The notes beneath the pieces were generated by a model. That model did no database searches. It was not told where the DNA came from and saw nothing but the letters and a program-made list of their open reading frames with translations. A stretch of DNA of 64,000 bases. It comes from Octopus vulgaris (taxonomy: Eukaryota). The stretch covers positions 60,388,001 to 60,452,000 of the forward strand of contig OX597818.1 in assembly GCA_951406725.2 (NCBI GenBank). Direction: 5' to 3'. The position numbers were made by a program, and so were the translations under genes. Positions within the stretch are counted from its first letter, which is position 1. Every line of letters begins with the position of its first letter. Shown in pieces: positions 39,691 to 54,226 of the stretch.

Positions 39691-42600
39691 ACATACATAA
39701 CAGTGTATTAAAGGATTTATGAATTTCCATCCATCAGATCTCATTATTACTATATTCATCCGACGCTATAGCGGCACCAATCGAATAACTTTCCCATTAA
39801 ATCCCGGTAAGAAGGGGATAAGTGGCAGCCGGAATAAATAGCAAAGGAGCTTTTTATGAACGGATTCAAAAGCGTTTCACGCACACGAACATAAAGGATG
39901 CAAACGTATATGTCTGTGTGTGTCTAGAAAGAAAGAAAGAGAGAGAGAGAGTAATTCATACAATGGTAAATTTAATCAATATATATTTTGAGTTGCGATG
40001 ATCCGCTTCAACTTTAAACACTTCAGGTGGGAGAAATGAGATTGTATGCTATGCCTTATCTCTTTCCCCATGGGAAGAACTTTTAGGACCACGAGAAATG
40101 ATGGGTATTCTTGTGCATAATCAAAGTTACCTCTGTTGGGTATGCAAATTTAACTGTCGCTCCTTTTGATAATCTTTCGATTCTGATACAAATCTTATTC
40201 ATCGAAAAACCGGAGCGCGACGGGTTTCTCGGAGTTCTTGTAATTGTGAAATAAGTGCATTAACTGTATTGTATTATCTCGAGTTTTTCTGGATACCCAT
40301 CACTTAAGATCTACACCTAATGGCGTTGTTTGACGATGCGTCTGATAGCGGATTCTTTTACATTGAACGGCTCGACAGCTGCATATTTTGTTCTACTGGG
40401 TTTGCTGTTGAGGATAATCAGTATTTCTGAGATGCATTCGGCCGTCTTGACGATAGCTTACGGAAAATGTTTCTTTTCTTTTCTTTTTACCACGAGTAAC
40501 ACGTCCTCACCAGAATCCTACAGTTCTTTTCCGACCTTGAACATGAAGGACCTGACCATTTACAAGAAGCTGGTGATCTCTGTGTTCCTGTGGTTGGTGA
40601 ATAGAGTCACGACTATCTTTAATTTTCCATTTTCTGTTTTGGAGCAGATTCTGTCATACTGACGTTGTCAATACATCTATAAAAAATATTACGAAGACTT
40701 GCGTTGTCTTTCATTCATAGCCTTTAAAACTATGCTCACTTCAGGTTGTCCCTGCAATGCTCAAAGTGCATTGCATTACAACCACTTCATCTACTTCCGA
40801 TGGGCAACTACAAAACTTTCGATGTCTTCCCACGTCAACGCTCCCTCCGACAGTAGTGAGCAGTATTGATGCAACAGAAAATGTCCAGATTCTGTGGACC
40901 TAGAGTGTAGCAAGCTTATTCCTTCCATCCCCGATACAATAACAACACCAAGTCAGGTATAGATGTAACGCGTCCAATCATGCAGTGCCTATTGTGTTTC
41001 ATGACTCTCAGAGAACACATTTATTGCTCACAGATTTGATCTTTATCTCACATCCTTCTGATTTCCTCAACGCTACACGAATCCCTGTTCTGGAAGGAAC
41101 ATCAAAGTACCAAAGACACTTTAAATTGTAATGGAAAAGAGGAAACGATCTTCGTGTTTGCTTTCTTAGAGGATGATGCCGTCAAAATGTAAATGATACC
41201 AAAGAATAGCTGAAGAAATAATTGGACATGTCCTATCAATAGTGAACAACCAAAAGTTACTGACCCTTTTGTCTTATATTTATCTATTCAATCCACCCAG
41301 AGTTCTTTCTCGTCACCTCTCTCTCTCTCTCTCTCTCTTTCCCCTTCTCTCCTCTCTTGCTCGCTCCAGGACAATTCTTAACGGTTTCATCACTTTTAGC
41401 ATCCTTAAAAGTCGCTCAGAATTACATATGTCGTCTTGTGGTCAGTGTTGTTGTCTCAGATGCAACGGTGTCAATTTCTTATCGATTTAGCCTTTAGTCT
41501 GTCAACTTACACAGCTCAAGAACAAGCATTTCCAATGGTCAGTATCTACACAAACGGACATGAATTTCACACCTCTGGTCAGCTTTATGCTGCTATAGTA
41601 AGCGTTATTCAAATTATTCAAATTATTCAAATGAACTCAGCATTATGGCGAAAACGAAGAATGAATACAGAATTTTTGCACAGAATATTGTGTATCGAGA
41701 AATTCTGGAAGGATATTCGTGAGATAAGAATATCGTATAATAAATAATATTTTCTTATATAGATTTTCTTTCTCATGTAGTACAATTTTGCTATAAAAGA
41801 CAAGTAACTACTTGCCTAAAAGTGCATCATAATGTTATTATAATGATAGGGATGCTGTGTAGCGATAATGCGGTTAAAGACATTTGAATATTCAGTTAAG
41901 ACTAGAAACAAGAATTTATGTTCACATTTAATTTGCTTGCTTCGTAGGACGGGTGTCCTGTACAATGCGATGATGATATAAAAGAGAGATAATGACAGCA
42001 CTAAAATGTCTTATAATGTTATTTTAATCATAGGGCTGCTGAGCATCTCTAATACGACATAAGCCATTTGAATAGACTTATTCATGACAGCTATTTATTT
42101 TAATAGCTGTCAGGAAGTCACGAACGCACAGGGTTTTCATAATTTCTTCCAATCACAAGGTAGTTTTTTTTCCCTTTTTCATACAAAACCAACATATTTA
42201 TTTACCGGCAGAGATATATAATAGATTCTTGCACCTATCTCAATGTATAAGAGCCTAACAACGGAGCTATTAGACCATCCACATCGATGATTAGTTTTCA
42301 GCGGTGAAGGTCTCAAGAACCAACAACACTTTTGTTTTGGTTTTTGGAAATTCTGATAATATAAATTTGATGCAAATTCTTACCACGACCTCAAAGAACA
42401 ACATAACACAGGCTTTTCGGTTAAGTCCTCTATCTACAACACGTGTTGGTAAGCTAAATGAGCACAAATCTACCAAACTAAAAGATTCCTGCGGATACTC
42501 TTCCATGTATCATTTAACGGAATGGCCGTTGGCTCTCTTGACTTTGATGGGCTTCTTTTTTTTTTTATCCTGCAGGGTGTCCTGACCCCCACCGTTCACC

Positions 42601-42702
42601 GAGTTAGTTTGTGTATGTTCCTGGCTTGGTCGCTGACGGTTTGTACTTGAAACGAGTTGTACTGGGTTACATTTTACTAGTAGTACACAAGGGTGACCTA
42701 AC

Positions 42703-42959
42703 ATATGTGTGTGTGTATGTATGTATGTATGTATGTATGTATGTATGTATGTATGTGTGTGTATGTATGTATGTATGTGTGTGTATGTATGTATGTATGT
42801 ATGTATGTATGTGTGTGTGTATGTATGTATGTGTGTGTATGTATGTATGTATGTATGTATGTATGTATGTATGTATGTATGTGTGTATGTATGTGTATGT
42901 ATGTATGTATGTATGTATGTGTGTGTGTGTATGTATGTGTATGTGTATGTATGTATGTA

Positions 42960-42994
<35 letters not shown>

Positions 42995-43572
42995 ATGTAT
43001 GTATGTATGTATGTATGTATGTATGTGTGTATGTATGTATGTATGTGTGTGTGTATGTATGTATGTATGTATGTATGTATGTATGTGTGTGTATGTATGT
43101 ATGTATGTATGTGTGTGTATGTATGTATGTATGTATGTATGTATGTGTGTGTGTGTATGTATGTATGTGTGTGTATGTATGTATGTATGTATGTATGTAT
43201 GTATGTATGTATGTATGTATGTGTGTATGTATGTATGTATGTGTATGTATGTATGTATGTATGTATGTATGTGTGTATGTATGTATGTATGTGTGTGTGT
43301 GTATGTATGTATGTGTATGTGTATGTATGTATGTATGTGTGTGTGTGTATGTATGTATGTATGTATGTATGTGTGTATGTATGTATGTATGTGTATGTAT
43401 GTATGTATGTATGTATGTATGTATGTATGTATGTATGTATGTGTGTGTATGTATGTATGTGTGTGTGTGTATGTATGTATGTATGTATGTATGTATGTAT
43501 GTATGTGTGTATGTATGTATGTATGTGTATGTATGTGTGTGTATGTATGTATGTGTGTGTGTGTATGTATGC
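42703..43572. repeat. (TATG)n/(TG)n array, ~870 bp
   Basis: Visible directly. Confidence 0.95.
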
Positions 43573-43724
43573 ATGTAGGTATTTATAAATGCATGTATTT
43601 CTGCAAGCATGCATGAAGGAGAATCAAAGTCTAATACAATTTCAAATCTTTTCGCGCTACTGTTTGAGTCACCCTCTAATATAGCTAATATAGTCTATGT
43701 GTGAATGTGTGTATGTGTGCGCGC

Positions 43725-43757
<33 letters not shown>

Positions 43758-43761
<4 letters not shown>

Positions 43762-44130
43762 AGTGGCTGTGTGGTAAGTAGTTTGCTTACCAACCACATG
43801 GTTCTGGGTTCAGTCCCACTGCATGGCACATCGGGTAATTGTCTCCTATATAAGCCGCGAGCCGACCTAATCCTTGTGAGTGGATTTGGTAGACGGAAAC
43901 TGAAAGAAGCCCGTCGTATGTATGTTTGTGTGTCTGTGGTTGTCCTTCCCTCTCATCATCGTTTGACAACCGATGCTTGTATGTTTGCTTCCCCGTAACT
44001 TAGCGGTTCGGCAAAAGAATCCGATCGAATAAGTACTAGGCTTATAAAGAATAAGTACTAGGGCTGATTTGTTCAACTAAGGGTGGTGCTCCAGCATAGC
44101 CGCAGTCAAATGGCTGAAACAAATAAAAAT
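43758..44130 (+). mobile_element. SINE family A, more diverged
   Basis: Match with substitutions. Confidence 0.85.
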
Positions 44131-44135
44131 GTAAG

Positions 44136-44280
<145 letters not shown>

Positions 44281-44295
44281 TATATATATATATGA

Positions 44296-44331
<36 letters not shown>

Positions 44332-44883
44332 ATACAGGGTCTCTCCACGAAAATGTTCTCACAATTTCGCTCCCCATAACACATGGAATTTCTCATTTAT
44401 TTCCAGATGAAGCTGACCCTAATTAATGACAGAAATGCAATTACATTTTGACGAATGAAAATTTATCTACTAGAAGCGCGGAAACATCCCAGAAGTGCAA
44501 AGACACCTTAGAAGACATTTTCACAAAGATCCATCAAGGCGACGTACCACCTCTCGCATCCGAGATAAGTTTGAATCAGATAGAACCCTGTCCGAAAGGA
44601 GCCTTCGGGCAGACCACGGCTATTAAGCAGCCTCACGGACGAAAACTAATTGCTGGAAATCCTCCATCAATCCCCACAGAAATCCGTACCCCAAACGGCC
44701 CGTGAGACATGAATTCCAAAACCATGCTCCCCATTGCATTTTCAAGTGAGTTCATTGGAAATATTACATTGCAACACTAATCCACGCTTTGCATAAAGAC
44801 GGTCCTGACCGGGGAATTGAGTTTTGTGGGTGGTATCTGGACAAATGCTAAGAAGATGCAGCGTTTCCATCCAAAATTGTTTG
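44332..44883 (+). mobile_element. 5' half of a Tc1/mariner element (DUF4817-type HTH transposase), truncated by a LINE tail
   Basis: Starts tacagggtctc (TA + CAGGG TIR start). EVQRHLRRHFHKDP...TTSRIRDKFE, then LIHALHKDGPDRGIEFCGWYL...FPSKIV ending just before the expected WSDE. Confidence 0.7.
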
Positions 44884-44944
44884 AAGTTAGACATGGCCTG
44901 GGCCAACAGTGGCCAAACCCTTTCTAAGTTATTCTAAGTTATTC
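44884..44944 (+). mobile_element. Severely 5'-truncated 3' tail of the same CR1-group LINE family
   Basis: aagttagacatggcctgggccaacagtggccaaaccctttctaagttattctaagttattc nearly matches 60100-60158. Confidence 0.9.
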
Positions 44945-45772
44945 ATCCTTTCGGGGTCGATAAATAAGTACCAGTTTCACACTGGGATCGATGTAATCGA
45001 CTTAATCCCTTTTGTCTGTCCTTGTTTGTCCCCTCTACGTTTAGCCCCTTGTGGGCAGTAAAGAAATATGTTTATCAGTCAAGCTGGCGAATATTCACAA
45101 TTCGAATAACAAGATAAGAACCAACTGACATATATAAAACATTTCATTGCAACACAATTATGCTTGAATTTTTGAGATTTCTCTCTTTCTCTCCTTATTT
45201 TTTTTGCCATAGCAATATTGAAGATCCCTTTTCTATGTGTCATAGCATTCAGGTTATACAGAATGTGGATTCCTTTTAAAGCTCATTAATTTTCACAGCA
45301 TGTCAGCCTACGATGTTCGACATTTAGTCGTATTTCCTCTATTTTTATTATTGAGGATTTGCTTATTTATTGTATGAAAAGTCAGTTGGATATGATGTGA
45401 TGAAGCCTTCGAATATGAAGGAATGCTTTATATATTTCGTCTCTTACTTTTTACCGTTATTAGACAGATGCCAAACTGGGGCACTGCCTTCAAGAATTGT
45501 ACTCAAACGAATCGCCCCAGTATCTATTACTGGTGGGGGACAAACACAGAGACACATAATCACACGCGTGTGTGTATTTATGTATGTATAAATATATATA
45601 TATGTATATATATGTGCATATATATATATATGTGCATATATATATATATATAGATATATATATATATATATATACATACATACATATATACATACATACA
45701 TGTAACCGCGTGTGTACCGTTGGCGATTTTTTTCCCTCTGTCTTCCCTTCTCTGGATCTTTCCTTCTCCTAT

Positions 45773-45807
45773 GTTTCCGACGAAGAGCTCCGCTCGAAAC
45801 GTTAAAC
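45773..45807 (+). ncRNA. Minimal type I hammerhead ribozyme motif in a Penelope-like pLTR remnant (45700-45905)
   Basis: GTTT-CCGACGA-A-GAGC(TCC)GCTC-GAAA-CG-TT-AAAC. Confidence 0.6.
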
Positions 45808-45901
45808 CCTCCTTCTTTCCTTCTTTCCTGAGCGTCCAATAATACTATATTTGTTCCACGCCCTCGCGTTGTTGTGTTTTTTTATGCTTTCCCGTTTGGA
45901 T

Positions 45902-45959
<58 letters not shown>

Positions 45960-46287
45960 TCCTCAAATCACCATTTTAGTACCAGCAAAAACAGGAAGAT
46001 ATGTATTTGAAATTTTCTTGTTATATATCACATTTAAACACAGACATTTTTATTCCGATGTTTAATCTTATATCTCACATTCTGTATTTGACATATACTT
46101 GATTTTACATGATTGATATATATACTAATTCATATTTAAAATGTATAATTTATAAATTTTAGTTCTTAATGTTACAAACTATAATTTTTATTCTTAATTT
46201 TTAATTCGTAATTTTTAATCTTTAATGCTTAATTGTATTGCAAATTTTTTAAGGGATGTAAAATAAGAAACATAATATTTTGAAATA

Positions 46288-46422
46288 GAACCTGAAGACA
46301 TGTTGGAATAAGAGTAAATCTGACGATTGCATATATGTATTTATATATGTATATATATGGGTATACAGTCGTGTATATGTATATATATTGTAATCTTCCA
46401 ATACTGAAACACGTGTAGTTTC
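46288..46422 (+). ncRNA. Hammerhead motif with ~105-nt stem II
   Basis: GAAC-CTGAAGA-C-ATGTTGGAA...TTCCAATAC-T-GAAA-CACGTG-TA-GTTTC; palindromic ACACGTGT. Confidence 0.55.
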
Positions 46423-46709
46423 TTCATATTTAATATATATAAATATTAACTAAAGTAGGATATAATTAATGAAGTACATTATATACCCAGCTGGAAATTT
46501 TGTTTATATCTTTTAAGTATTATTTCGTGATGTGCAAACTGATACCATGAGTTTACTGTAAGATGTACTCATTAAGTTATTTTTGTGTTATCTGAAAAAG
46601 AACACCCGCATATCGATTAATCCCCCAAAATTGAATATATATATATTTTTTTTTTTTTTGTACTTGTTTCAGTCATTTGACTGCGGCCATGCTGGAGCAC
46701 CGCCTTTAG

Positions 46710-46876
46710 AGTGGTGAAAGAGTACAGCAGGGATCACCACCATCCCCTGCCGGAGCCTCGTGGAGCTTTTAGGTGTTTTCGCTCAATAAACACACACAAC
46801 GCCCGGTCTGGGAATCGAAACCGCGATCCTCCGACCGCAAGTCCGCTGCCCTAACCACTGGGCCATTGTGCCTCCA
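46710..46876 (-). mobile_element. SINE family B head fragment
   Basis: Reverse complement of the 5' ~165 bp. Confidence 0.85.
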
Positions 46877-47113
46877 TTGTGCCATATATATATATATATA
46901 TACATACATCCAACTATTTATGTCCCTCGTTACCGCTTGACAACCAGTGTTGGTGTGTTTACACATCCGTAAATTGGCGGTAGGGCAAAACAGAAGGATA
47001 GAATAACTAACAGACTTTAAAAAAATAATTACTGGGGTCGACTCGTTCGACTAAATTTCTTCCAGGCATTGCTTCAGCATGACTGAAACAAGTAAGAGAA
47101 AAACCATAAATGG

Positions 47114-47171
<58 letters not shown>

Positions 47172-47340
47172 AATATTAGGGAATAAATCCAAATTTACAG
47201 GAAAAAATCAGATTTAGGATTAAATCCAATTTTATAGTAAAATATTATATAATATTAATTAGAGACAAAAATTATTAAAATTTTATGTATTGATTAAGTC
47301 TTTCCTTGTTTGTTTTGCAAAATAGTGGTTTTGTCTCTAA

Positions 47341-47384
<44 letters not shown>

Positions 47385-47543
47385 CTATTTATTAAAATTT
47401 TATGTATTGATTAAGTCTTTCCTTGTTTGTTTTGCAAAATAGTGGTTTTGTCTCTAATAATATTTTATAATATTTTACTATAAAATTGGATTTAATCCTA
47501 AATCTGATTTTTTTCCCTGTAATTTTGGATTTATTCCCTAATA

Positions 47544-47593
<50 letters not shown>

Positions 47594-47694
47594 GGTATGT
47601 GTATGTATGTACGTATATATTATGTATGTATGTATGTATGTATGTATGTATGTATGTATGTATGTATGTATGTATGTATGAATGTATGTATGTG

Positions 47695-47733
<39 letters not shown>

Positions 47734-47768
47734 ATGTATGTATGAATGTATGTATATACATATATGTA

Positions 47769-48222
47769 TGTCATTGTTCAGTTTTATTTCAAGAGTTCTT
47801 GCCAATAGAGAAAGAGCCGATTTCTGGCCTATATCCAAGGCTCCTTCATTGGAATTTCAACATCAAGAGGGTGTTTTTGTTTGTGTGTATATGTGCAGAT
47901 TTGCATATTTTGCTTTATGTATGTATTCTCATGCATATAGTTGCATATCTAGATGTGCTCATATATATCTAAAGGATAAACCTGTGGAAAGTTTTACAGA
48001 TCTTTACAGTTCCAGTGATGGATTGGATCTGTAGTCTTCGAATTAGTTTTCTCCTTTCTGGTTTTGAGAAGCTTAATTTCTCAAGATTGGTATTTAGGCA
48101 GTGTGCTACATATCCCCGGTTCCCATTAATTACATGTATAAACCAGCACTTGTAATCTGGATAGAGTAACTGCAGATTTTTCAGTTGTTTAGGGTAGGAA
48201 TTCTCTTTTTCACTGAAGAATG
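47769..48222 (-). mobile_element. 3' end of a retroelement encoding a restriction-like endonuclease C-terminus, with a hammerhead-like 3' UTR
   Basis: Minus strand reads EKENSYPKQLKNLQLLYPDYKCWFIHVINGNRGYVAHCLNTNLEKLSFSKPERRKLIRRLQIQSITGTVKICKTFHRFIL*. Homologous copies lie at 16043-16300 and 16696-17057. Confidence 0.65.
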
Positions 48223-48751
48223 TATGGATGTATGTGCGTGCATACCCCCGCGAGAGTACGCATGTGTGTGAACGAGTGTATAATTTTACTGAAGTCGTAG
48301 TAATTTCTAAAATTTGCCTGATACAAGAAGCAAATGAAGATTTACGTCTCGAAAACTTGAGGAGAAATTCCGAAGTTGGTCTAGAGTATCTTCAGGTTCT
48401 ACGGATTTCGGGAATGTTTTATTTCTTGAAATAGAAAATGTTGGTGTTGGCCTAGCTTAGAAGCATTTATTGAGATGCAAGTGGATTCAGAATAAAAAAT
48501 ATTGTACAAATACATTCGTTTTAGTGCTTTCCAGAAAGATATCGGCACTCAAACAGATGTAAAGCTACAGTCCTATATTTAAGAGATAAGGAATTATGTG
48601 CATTACTTACATTATTTACATTCAACGGATATTTGTCCTTATCTTGTTTGCTGTTAACACAACGTTTTCGCTGGTATACCCTCCAGCCTTCTTCTAGTGT
48701 CTTGGGGAAATTTCGAATCTGGGTTCTCATTTCTAAGGTATTTTTCTTTTG

Positions 48752-48845
<94 letters not shown>

Positions 48846-48847
48846 CG

Positions 48848-48924
48848 TTCAGGTCACTGCTTGGAATCGAACTCGGAATCTTGTTGTTAGTTGCCCGTGC
48901 TCTTAGCCACTACGCCATATGCCT
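48848..48924 (-). other. tRNA-like Pol III head (A and B boxes); not a functional tRNA
   Basis: ggcataTGGCGTAGTGGctaagagcacggg...ccGAGTTCGATTCCaagc. Confidence 0.7.
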
Positions 48925-48973
48925 ACGGGCATATACATTAGAAATGATAACCCAGGTTCGAAATTTCCTCCAA

Positions 48974-49019
48974 AACACCCGAAGAAGGCTGGAGGGTATA
49001 TCAGCCGAAACGTTGTGTT
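48974..49019 (+). ncRNA. Minimal type I hammerhead ribozyme motif
   Basis: AACAC-CCGAAGA-A-GGCTG(10 nt)CAGCC-GAAA-CG-TT-GTGTT; stems I and II pair perfectly. Confidence 0.65.
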
Positions 49020-49324
49020 AACAACACACAAGATAAACAAGATGAGGACAAATATCCGTCGAATGTAAATAATGTGAATAATGTAAATAATGCAGATGTA
49101 AAGCTCATTGACCAACAGCTGACACATTTTAATTACATTTCTAAGATACTAAACCGTCGGAACTGGATTTAGCTTCATCAAGGACCTCTTAAGTAAACAT
49201 ACTTATCATCGATGGACGCCGTAAACTGAAATTACATACTTAATATTTAAGCTGATGATATCAGGTGTATCCATCTCATGAATATAAAATTCTCTAATTA
49301 AAACAGTTCTTTTATTACATTTAT

Positions 49325-49891
49325 ATACTCTTTTACTCTTTTACTTGTTTCAGTCATTTGACACTGCGGCCATGCTGGAGCACCGCCTTTTAGTCGAGCA
49401 AATCGACCCCGGGACTCATTCTTTGTAAGCCCAGTACTTATTCTATCGGTCTCTTTTGCCGAACCGCTAAGTGACGGGGACGTAAACACACCAGCATCGG
49501 TTGTCAAGCAATGCTAGGGGGACAAACACAGACACACAAACATATACACACACCCTCATATATATATATACATATATACGACAGGCTTCTTTCAGTTTCC
49601 GTCTACCAAACCCACTCACAAGGAACTGATTGTACCAACAAGTCAATGAATATAGATGAATATAGATTTTAGTTTAAAGCCTAAGCTAAATGTTCAATTC
49701 CTATTCAGATTAAGGCGTAGGAGTGGCTGTGTGGTAAGTAGCTTCCTTACCAACCACATAGTTCCGGGTTAATTCCCACTGCGTGGCACCTTGGGCAAGT
49801 GTCTTCTACTATAGCCTCGGGCCCACGAAAATGAGTGGATTTGGTAGACGGAAACTGAAAGAAGCCTGTCGTATATATGTATATATATATA

Positions 49892-49931
<40 letters not shown>

Positions 49932-50148
49932 TATGTGTGTGTATATATGTTTGTGTGTCTGTGTTCTCCCCCCACCAACATCGTTTGACAACCGATGCTG
50001 GTGTGTTTATGTCACCATAACTTAGCGGTTCGGCAAAAAGAGACCGATAGAATAAGTACTAGGCTTACAAAGAGTAAGTCATGCTGTCGAGTTGCTCGAC
50101 TAAAGACGATACTCCAGCATGGCCACAGTCAAAATGACTGAAACAAAA
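49325..50148. mobile_element. Two divergently oriented SINE family A copies: 49325-49623 (-, headless) and 49713-50148 (+)
   Basis: Direct sequence match. Confidence 0.85.
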
Positions 50149-51183
50149 ATAAGATATCATTAAACTGGAAAGATGAAAACGGTATTTTGTAAAAAAAGAC
50201 AATAAAAAAAAAAAAAATAGAGACAGCACACATACACACACACTGACACATGCGCATACACAAATCGAGAGAGAGACAGAGAGACAGAGACAGACAGACA
50301 GAGTGAGTCTGCGAAAAGATTAAGTTTATTTGAAGAAGTTTTCTTTTCAATATTTATATTCATAAAATCAACAAATAATCAATTCTTATCTGATATAAAG
50401 TATAATTTAGCAACGTTGGAAGTGATAAGCATTTGACATTGTTACAAAATAAAGGAAAATAAATTTTCGAAACACTGTAAATTGTTATCAAGATTTACTC
50501 ACTTTCCGTCATAATATACCTTCATTTGTTTCTCATAATGGATTCTAATAATAGACGAAGCTAAGCATTTGAAGTGATCGGGTATCGTACTTTACTTCGG
50601 ATGAAAATAGATTACTTAATGATATTTCGAATACTATATATCATTTTTCTTACTTAAAATAGGTTATCGTAGATAATAAATTGACTTTATGAATGTACAT
50701 ATCGCGTAACATCTCTTTTGAATTCTCTCCTGTAAACTACGAGTTTGTCACGATAGTTTATTAGGTGTGTAACCGGTTGGGCGGTTTTCAAAGTCTGTGA
50801 TGGCTTAAACAGACTCAGATATTTAGGAGATGCTGTAGTAAGTTGTGATTTGAGGAAATTTTGGCTAATATTTCTATCTCTCCCGTTGGTTCATTCTTCC
50901 TTCGTCGCATTGGTTAAGCTTCGCATTTTTCACATTCCCTTTCAATTTGCTCTATCTATCAATGGGCATTTCCCAAAGGTTTATGATAGAGGAACTGTAA
51001 ACAAAATCTTTGCTGCGGTCTGGCTAAAGTGCTGGTCTGCGGCGAAGTTGACTCCGGTCTAAACAGGACTTCTACGAAGCAGAAGTTGACTGGCGGCTGT
51101 CGCCCTTACGTTTTTTCACAAAACAAATCTTTTACCAACACATTCTGGGTCTCCGTTAACTTTTTTCTTTTGTGTGTGTGTGT

Positions 51184-52485
<1,302 letters not shown>

Positions 52486-52769
52486 GTGTAAGTGTGTATA
52501 GCTTAACTAAAGCTATATCTGTAACTATATGAATCTTAAACCTTACTTTTAGAACTGAGTGGGATGATATATCTGATATCCACAAGAAACGGGGAACACG
52601 CTTTGGTTTATATAACAGTACTGTAATAGATACAGGATTAGGTGAAAGAAAAGACGAACGTGTTGGTGTGAAGAAGATGAAACCGAATCTTCTTGTTTTG
52701 AATCCGTGTTTAAAATAAGAAACATGCAACTATATGAGCAAAAATATTTGTAAACATATTTTTTATTGT

Positions 52770-53247
52770 CCACAGGGGCAAAGCCGAAAGGCAAAGTCGG
52801 CATCGGCTGAATTTAAATTAGAACGGAAAAACAGATGAAATACCTATTTTTTACTACCCACAGAGAAGACAAACAAGGACAGACAAACGGATTAAGTCGA
52901 TTATATCGACCCCAGTGCGTAACTGGTACTTATTTAATCGACCCCGAAAGGACGAAAAGCAAAGTTGACCTCGGCGGAATTTGAACTTAGAACGTAATGG
53001 CAGACGAAATACCTATTTCTTTATTACCCACAAGGGGCTAAACACAGAGTGGACAAACAAGGACAGACAAACGGATTAAGTCGATTATTTCGACGCCAGT
53101 GCGTAACTGGTACTTATTTAATCGACACCGAAAGGATGAAAGGCAAAGTCGACCTCGGCGGAATTTGAACTCAGAACGTAACGGCAGAAGAAATACCGCT
53201 AAGCATTCCGCCCGGCGTGCTAACGTTTCTGCCAGCTTGCTGCCTTA
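52770..53247 (-). mobile_element. SINE family D multimer
   Basis: Match. Further family D copies at 1530-1910, 30862-31075, 37500-37710, 44944-45068, 53453-53655 and 61740-61915. Confidence 0.85.
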
Positions 53248-54226
53248 AAATATTTGTTAATACATCAAAATATAAGTCATCGATATATGATTAGATGCAA
53301 AATTAAGGGGTAAGAAATGCGGCATATATCCATTGCTTTTTGGGGTGTTTTTTTGGCAAAACACTTGATATATTCGTCTATTAATATAAGAATAAGCGGT
53401 ATTTGCGTAAATTCATTATTATTTGCGTAAATTCAATATTATTTGTCCGAAAAAGGCGGTGAGCTGGCAGAACCGTCAGCACGCTAGTTAAAATATTCGT
53501 TCTGTCTGCCTTTAGGTTCTAAGTTCGAATTCCGCTGAGGTCGACTTTGCGCTTCATCCTTTCGCAATCGATAAAATAAGAACCAGTTGATCAGTGGGAT
53601 TGATGTAATCGACACACCCGACCCTGAAATTGCTGGCCTTGTGCCAAAATTTGAAATCAGTATTATATGAGTAATATACGTCCGAAACACACAGTACCAA
53701 GACAGTGGCTATTGGTTATATAATATTAGTGTTGATGGCATTTGACTATTTCAATATGGAATTATCTTTAACAATACGTGAAATTCATTATCGAAGAAAC
53801 AAACTGTATAACAAAAGATCATGTGGTATAAACTACCTTATAGTCTAGATGTTTTCTTTCCAACTTATAACGATTTTCCTAATTAATATAAGCAAGCATA
53901 TTCTCCGAGATTATAGATATAATAGCGTGAAGTGCCTAGAACTTCTTTGCATCCGTTAGCAATATAAAGAAAACTATCTGGTAAACATACAGAAAATTCA
54001 TTCCCTCCGTATAATTTCAAATATCCAAATGCTTGCCATCTCAACGATATGCGTCTTTCTAAAGCATTAATTTCTCTAGCTAAGACCTCTTTTCAAAACA
54101 GCGTTAAAAAAAAAAATTCATAAGCCTTACTGAAAATCTCTTAATATTAAGAATCATGTGACATAAATATGAATCTATATACCGAAGGAAACGCCTCAAC
54201 AACTCATTATATAGATATATAATAAA

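Noticed and set aside
40000-40660. Possible decayed L2/Rex1-like endonuclease on the minus strand
   Set aside because: Only vague motif resemblance; cannot be supported without a profile search.
42510-43616. 289-366 aa HTYI/MYVC ORFs
   Set aside because: Translation of stop-free (TATG)n/(TG)n repeats. The same applies to the YI, LSIY, poly-I, poly-N, poly-T and poly-L ORFs throughout.
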